Of a DNA stretch of 64,000 nt, positions 61,757-64,000 are shown piece after piece (position 1 is the first letter of the stretch; each line of letters begins with the position of its first letter). The translations under genes were made by a program, and so were the position numbers. Source of the stretch: Thermodesulfobacteriota bacterium (lineage in GTDB: Bacteria; Desulfobacterota_D; UBA1144; Nemesobacterales; UBA2774); the NCBI GenBank assembly GCA_965223335.1, contig OZ244991.1, positions 2,368,001 through 2,432,000 of the forward strand, written 5' to 3'. The notes below the pieces were generated by a model. The model saw only the letters and a list, made by a program, of their open reading frames with translations, did no database searches and was not told where the DNA came from.

Positions 61757-62167
61757 CTAATCCACCGGATGGTTGTCGTAGTGTTTCTCTAGCTGGTCTA
61801 TCCCCTCGCGCCAGGTGCTGCCGGTGTTGTGCAGCTCCTCGAGCTCGGTCAGGTACATCACCTGGTTGGCACCGGGTACATACGACACCAACAGTGTTGC
61901 CGGCCCCTCGTGGGACTTAAACGCATGGGGAGTCATCTTGGGAACTTGTACAACTGTGCCAGGAGTGGCAATGATCTGCTCATCCCCCACGGTTACCATC
62001 ACCTCGCCCGACTGTATGTAGAGGATTTCGTCCATCTTGGTGTGATAGTGGAGCCCGGGCCCAAGCCCCTGGGTCTTTAGCACGGTGTCAAAGCTCTCGA
62101 TCAGCCGCGACACCACCACAATATCAATGGATATATCGCCAATATCTATGTGTTTATTATTAGCCAT
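61757..62167 (-). CDS. Cupin-domain protein
   Basis: PGLHYH...DE..YI..GE, PG..V.VP...PHAF. Confidence 0.8.
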   Translation of the reverse strand: MANNKHIDIGDISIDIVVVSRLIESFDTVLKTQGLGPGLHYHTKMDEILYIQSGEVMVTVGDEQIIATPGTVVQVPKMTPHAFKSHEGPATLLVSYVPGANQVMYLTELEELHNTGSTWREGIDQLEKHYDNHPVD

Positions 62168-62380
62168 ACCCCCTCCCCTTATGCGCTTCAGTATTCATAA
62201 TCAGTACTATCTAGGATAGCATACATCCTTCCCATTTGCTTTTTCCTAACTGGGATCTCCAGATCCCAATGCCGACATTCACACCCACGCCCCCATTATC
62301 ACCCTATCGGTCGCTATACTACTGCTCCCTTGCGGTCCCCATGTGTGCTTTCATATCTTTAGTTCTTTGCCTTCCCAATA

Positions 62381-62561
62381 TGGGATTGAAAATCCCAATC
62401 CGACATTACAGCCGTTTAGCGTTAATAAAATAGCGCAATGGAGTCGTAAATTGGTTTTCGGGGATGTGGTCGGATTAAAATCAATTAGACGGAATTAGCT
62501 ATTTTTAGCTAATCGCTGTTAGTCGGTGACTTTTGGCTACTTTTGGTTAAGCAAAAGTAGC
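62381..62561. repeat. Three-hairpin dispersed element, stem type B
   Basis: Near copy of 19289-19469. Confidence 0.85.
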
Positions 62562-62763
62562 CAATATTAGTATAGGTCGAGTACTAGACGATCCAGTAAG
62601 ACACTCCACTAACAACAGATAATTTGTTTTTTTAGAGGTACAGGCCATACCTGTATCGCTATACCCATATTTCTTTTGAACCATTTTACAGCACGGCGGT
62701 ACTAACCTGTCAACAATGAGTTATTTAGCGTTACAAAAACCAATTAATAGGAGGTAATTAATT

Positions 62764-63474
62764 ATGAGTACTAAATTTAAATCCTTATCTAGAATTTCCC
62801 ATACCCAGGCACTAAGAGAACACCATGCTCTTAGCAGGCCAGCTCCCAGTGCATTCCTGACAGTGATTGCCACATTGGCAGTGGCCCTGTTTATATTGTT
62901 GGGAGCCCCAACCGCAAACGCCGACATCACACGCGGCTGCACCGGGATATTATCACTATATATTTCAAGCGGCGAGGGACTCGACAATTCCCGAGCACGC
63001 AATATGCAGATCGACGTGTTCGATGGCATAGGAGCCTGCAAGAATAGAACCCAGGCCAACACATGCCGGGCACGCGCCAAAGACAACGTATTTCGCTGTG
63101 CAAACGATCTTTGGAACATCCGCTGGAACCTCATAGGCGACCCCAAAGACAGCCATGCCGACTTGGGCATACCGCTGTCGTGCCAGGCGCGCGGCGGCAC
63201 CGGTGCCAAAAACTTAGGCCCATTTCACAAGAACAAGTTTGGTAAGTACTTCGACATCAAACACGCCATCGAGTACAACTCGTGCTGTAAAATGCAGCCC
63301 GGCGCCAAGAAGTTTGTTGTAAGTCTCACAGTACACTCGGGCGGGGATAAAGGCTGTGGTAATGACAGATCCCCCTACGGTGGCTACAGAGAGCATCGCA
63401 CCCTCGAGAGCAACTACCAAGTGAACTGTAAACAGCTCATAAAGCAGGGTATGTGCGCAAAACGAACCAACTAA
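62764..63474 (+). CDS. Secreted Cys-rich hypothetical protein
   Basis: AGGAGGT SD; signal-like stretch ending ANA; 10 Cys. Confidence 0.6.
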   Translation: MSTKFKSLSRISHTQALREHHALSRPAPSAFLTVIATLAVALFILLGAPTANADITRGCTGILSLYISSGEGLDNSRARNMQIDVFDGIGACKNRTQANTCRARAKDNVFRCANDLWNIRWNLIGDPKDSHADLGIPLSCQARGGTGAKNLGPFHKNKFGKYFDIKHAIEYNSCCKMQPGAKKFVVSLTVHSGGDKGCGNDRSPYGGYREHRTLESNYQVNCKQLIKQGMCAKRTN

Positions 63475-63486
63475 GAATAACTATAA

Positions 63487-63520
63487 GGGGACAGTCCCAC
63501 CTTATCCGCGGACAGTCCCC
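63487..63520. repeat. REP-like palindrome variant
   Basis: ggggacagtccc...ggacagtcccc. Confidence 0.7.
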
Positions 63521-63561
63521 TTAATTATATGCATATGTTTTTTTCCTTTGACTTTTCAACA

Positions 63562-63741
63562 TGGGATCGCAGATCTCAGTTCCGACATTACGGCAATGGC
63601 GTATAGAAAATAAACTTGAGAGGCGTTAAAAATGGATTTCGGGGGTGAGGCCGGATAAATCTATTTAGCATCGAGAGATTATTTTTAATCATTTCCGTAC
63701 AGTCGGCGATTTTTGCGCACTTTTCATCGCGGAAAAGTGTG
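63562..63741. repeat. Three-hairpin dispersed element, stem type A
   Basis: Near copy of 1045 and 31969. Confidence 0.85.
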
Positions 63742-64000
63742 AAGTAAATAGGTAATGAGCATCGGCCTGGCAAGATGGAAACCCTAGAGTAAATAAACTC
63801 CCGGTGTTTTTATTCCGTCCCTACCCACCAGTCGCCATACCACGGCTCCTTATCGGTCCCCATATTTTGTCCCTTCCCGCCAGTCGCCATACTACGGCTC
63901 CTTATCGGTCCCCATTGACACTAAAGTTCCGGCACTACCTTATGAAAGGGGCCTCAGACCCCCAAAAAAAGGAAGGGGACATACTCGGGCAAGTATGTCC

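Noticed and set aside
56700..62200. Integron cassette array
   Set aside because: Mixed gene orientation, no convincing attC sites and no integrase

Overview
Bacterial accessory-genome window with no rRNA, tRNA, CRISPR array or integrase recognised. Most genes lie on the minus strand. The coding content is dominated by local paralog expansions: eight IPTL-CTERM surface proteins in two families, four MarR regulators with a Cys-rich tail, three MglA-like small GTPases and tandem membrane proteins. It also holds a REP-associated HUH (Y1) transposase, a decayed prophage early region (CI-like repressor, Cro-like gene, replication protein), several TA/defence-like pairs (toxin candidate + XRE-ImmA/IrrE, DUF5131 + TcmP, HD hydrolase + YwgA-like, GNAT + DUF1778, RelE-like + XRE) and an OmpR-family two-component system with a porin and a PAP2 phosphatase. 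The most striking signal is non-coding. About 20 intergenic islands are built from a shared kit of structured modules: a three-hairpin element of about 180 nt with compensatory stem changes, short hairpins that keep a tandem GA/GA core on the minus strand, and GGGG(A/T)C palindromes. All copies I traced have the same orientation, and several dock exactly on stop codons. The richness in IPTL-CTERM proteins would fit a Dadabacteria-like lineage, but that is a weak inference. All calls are by-eye motif recognition; no searches were run.
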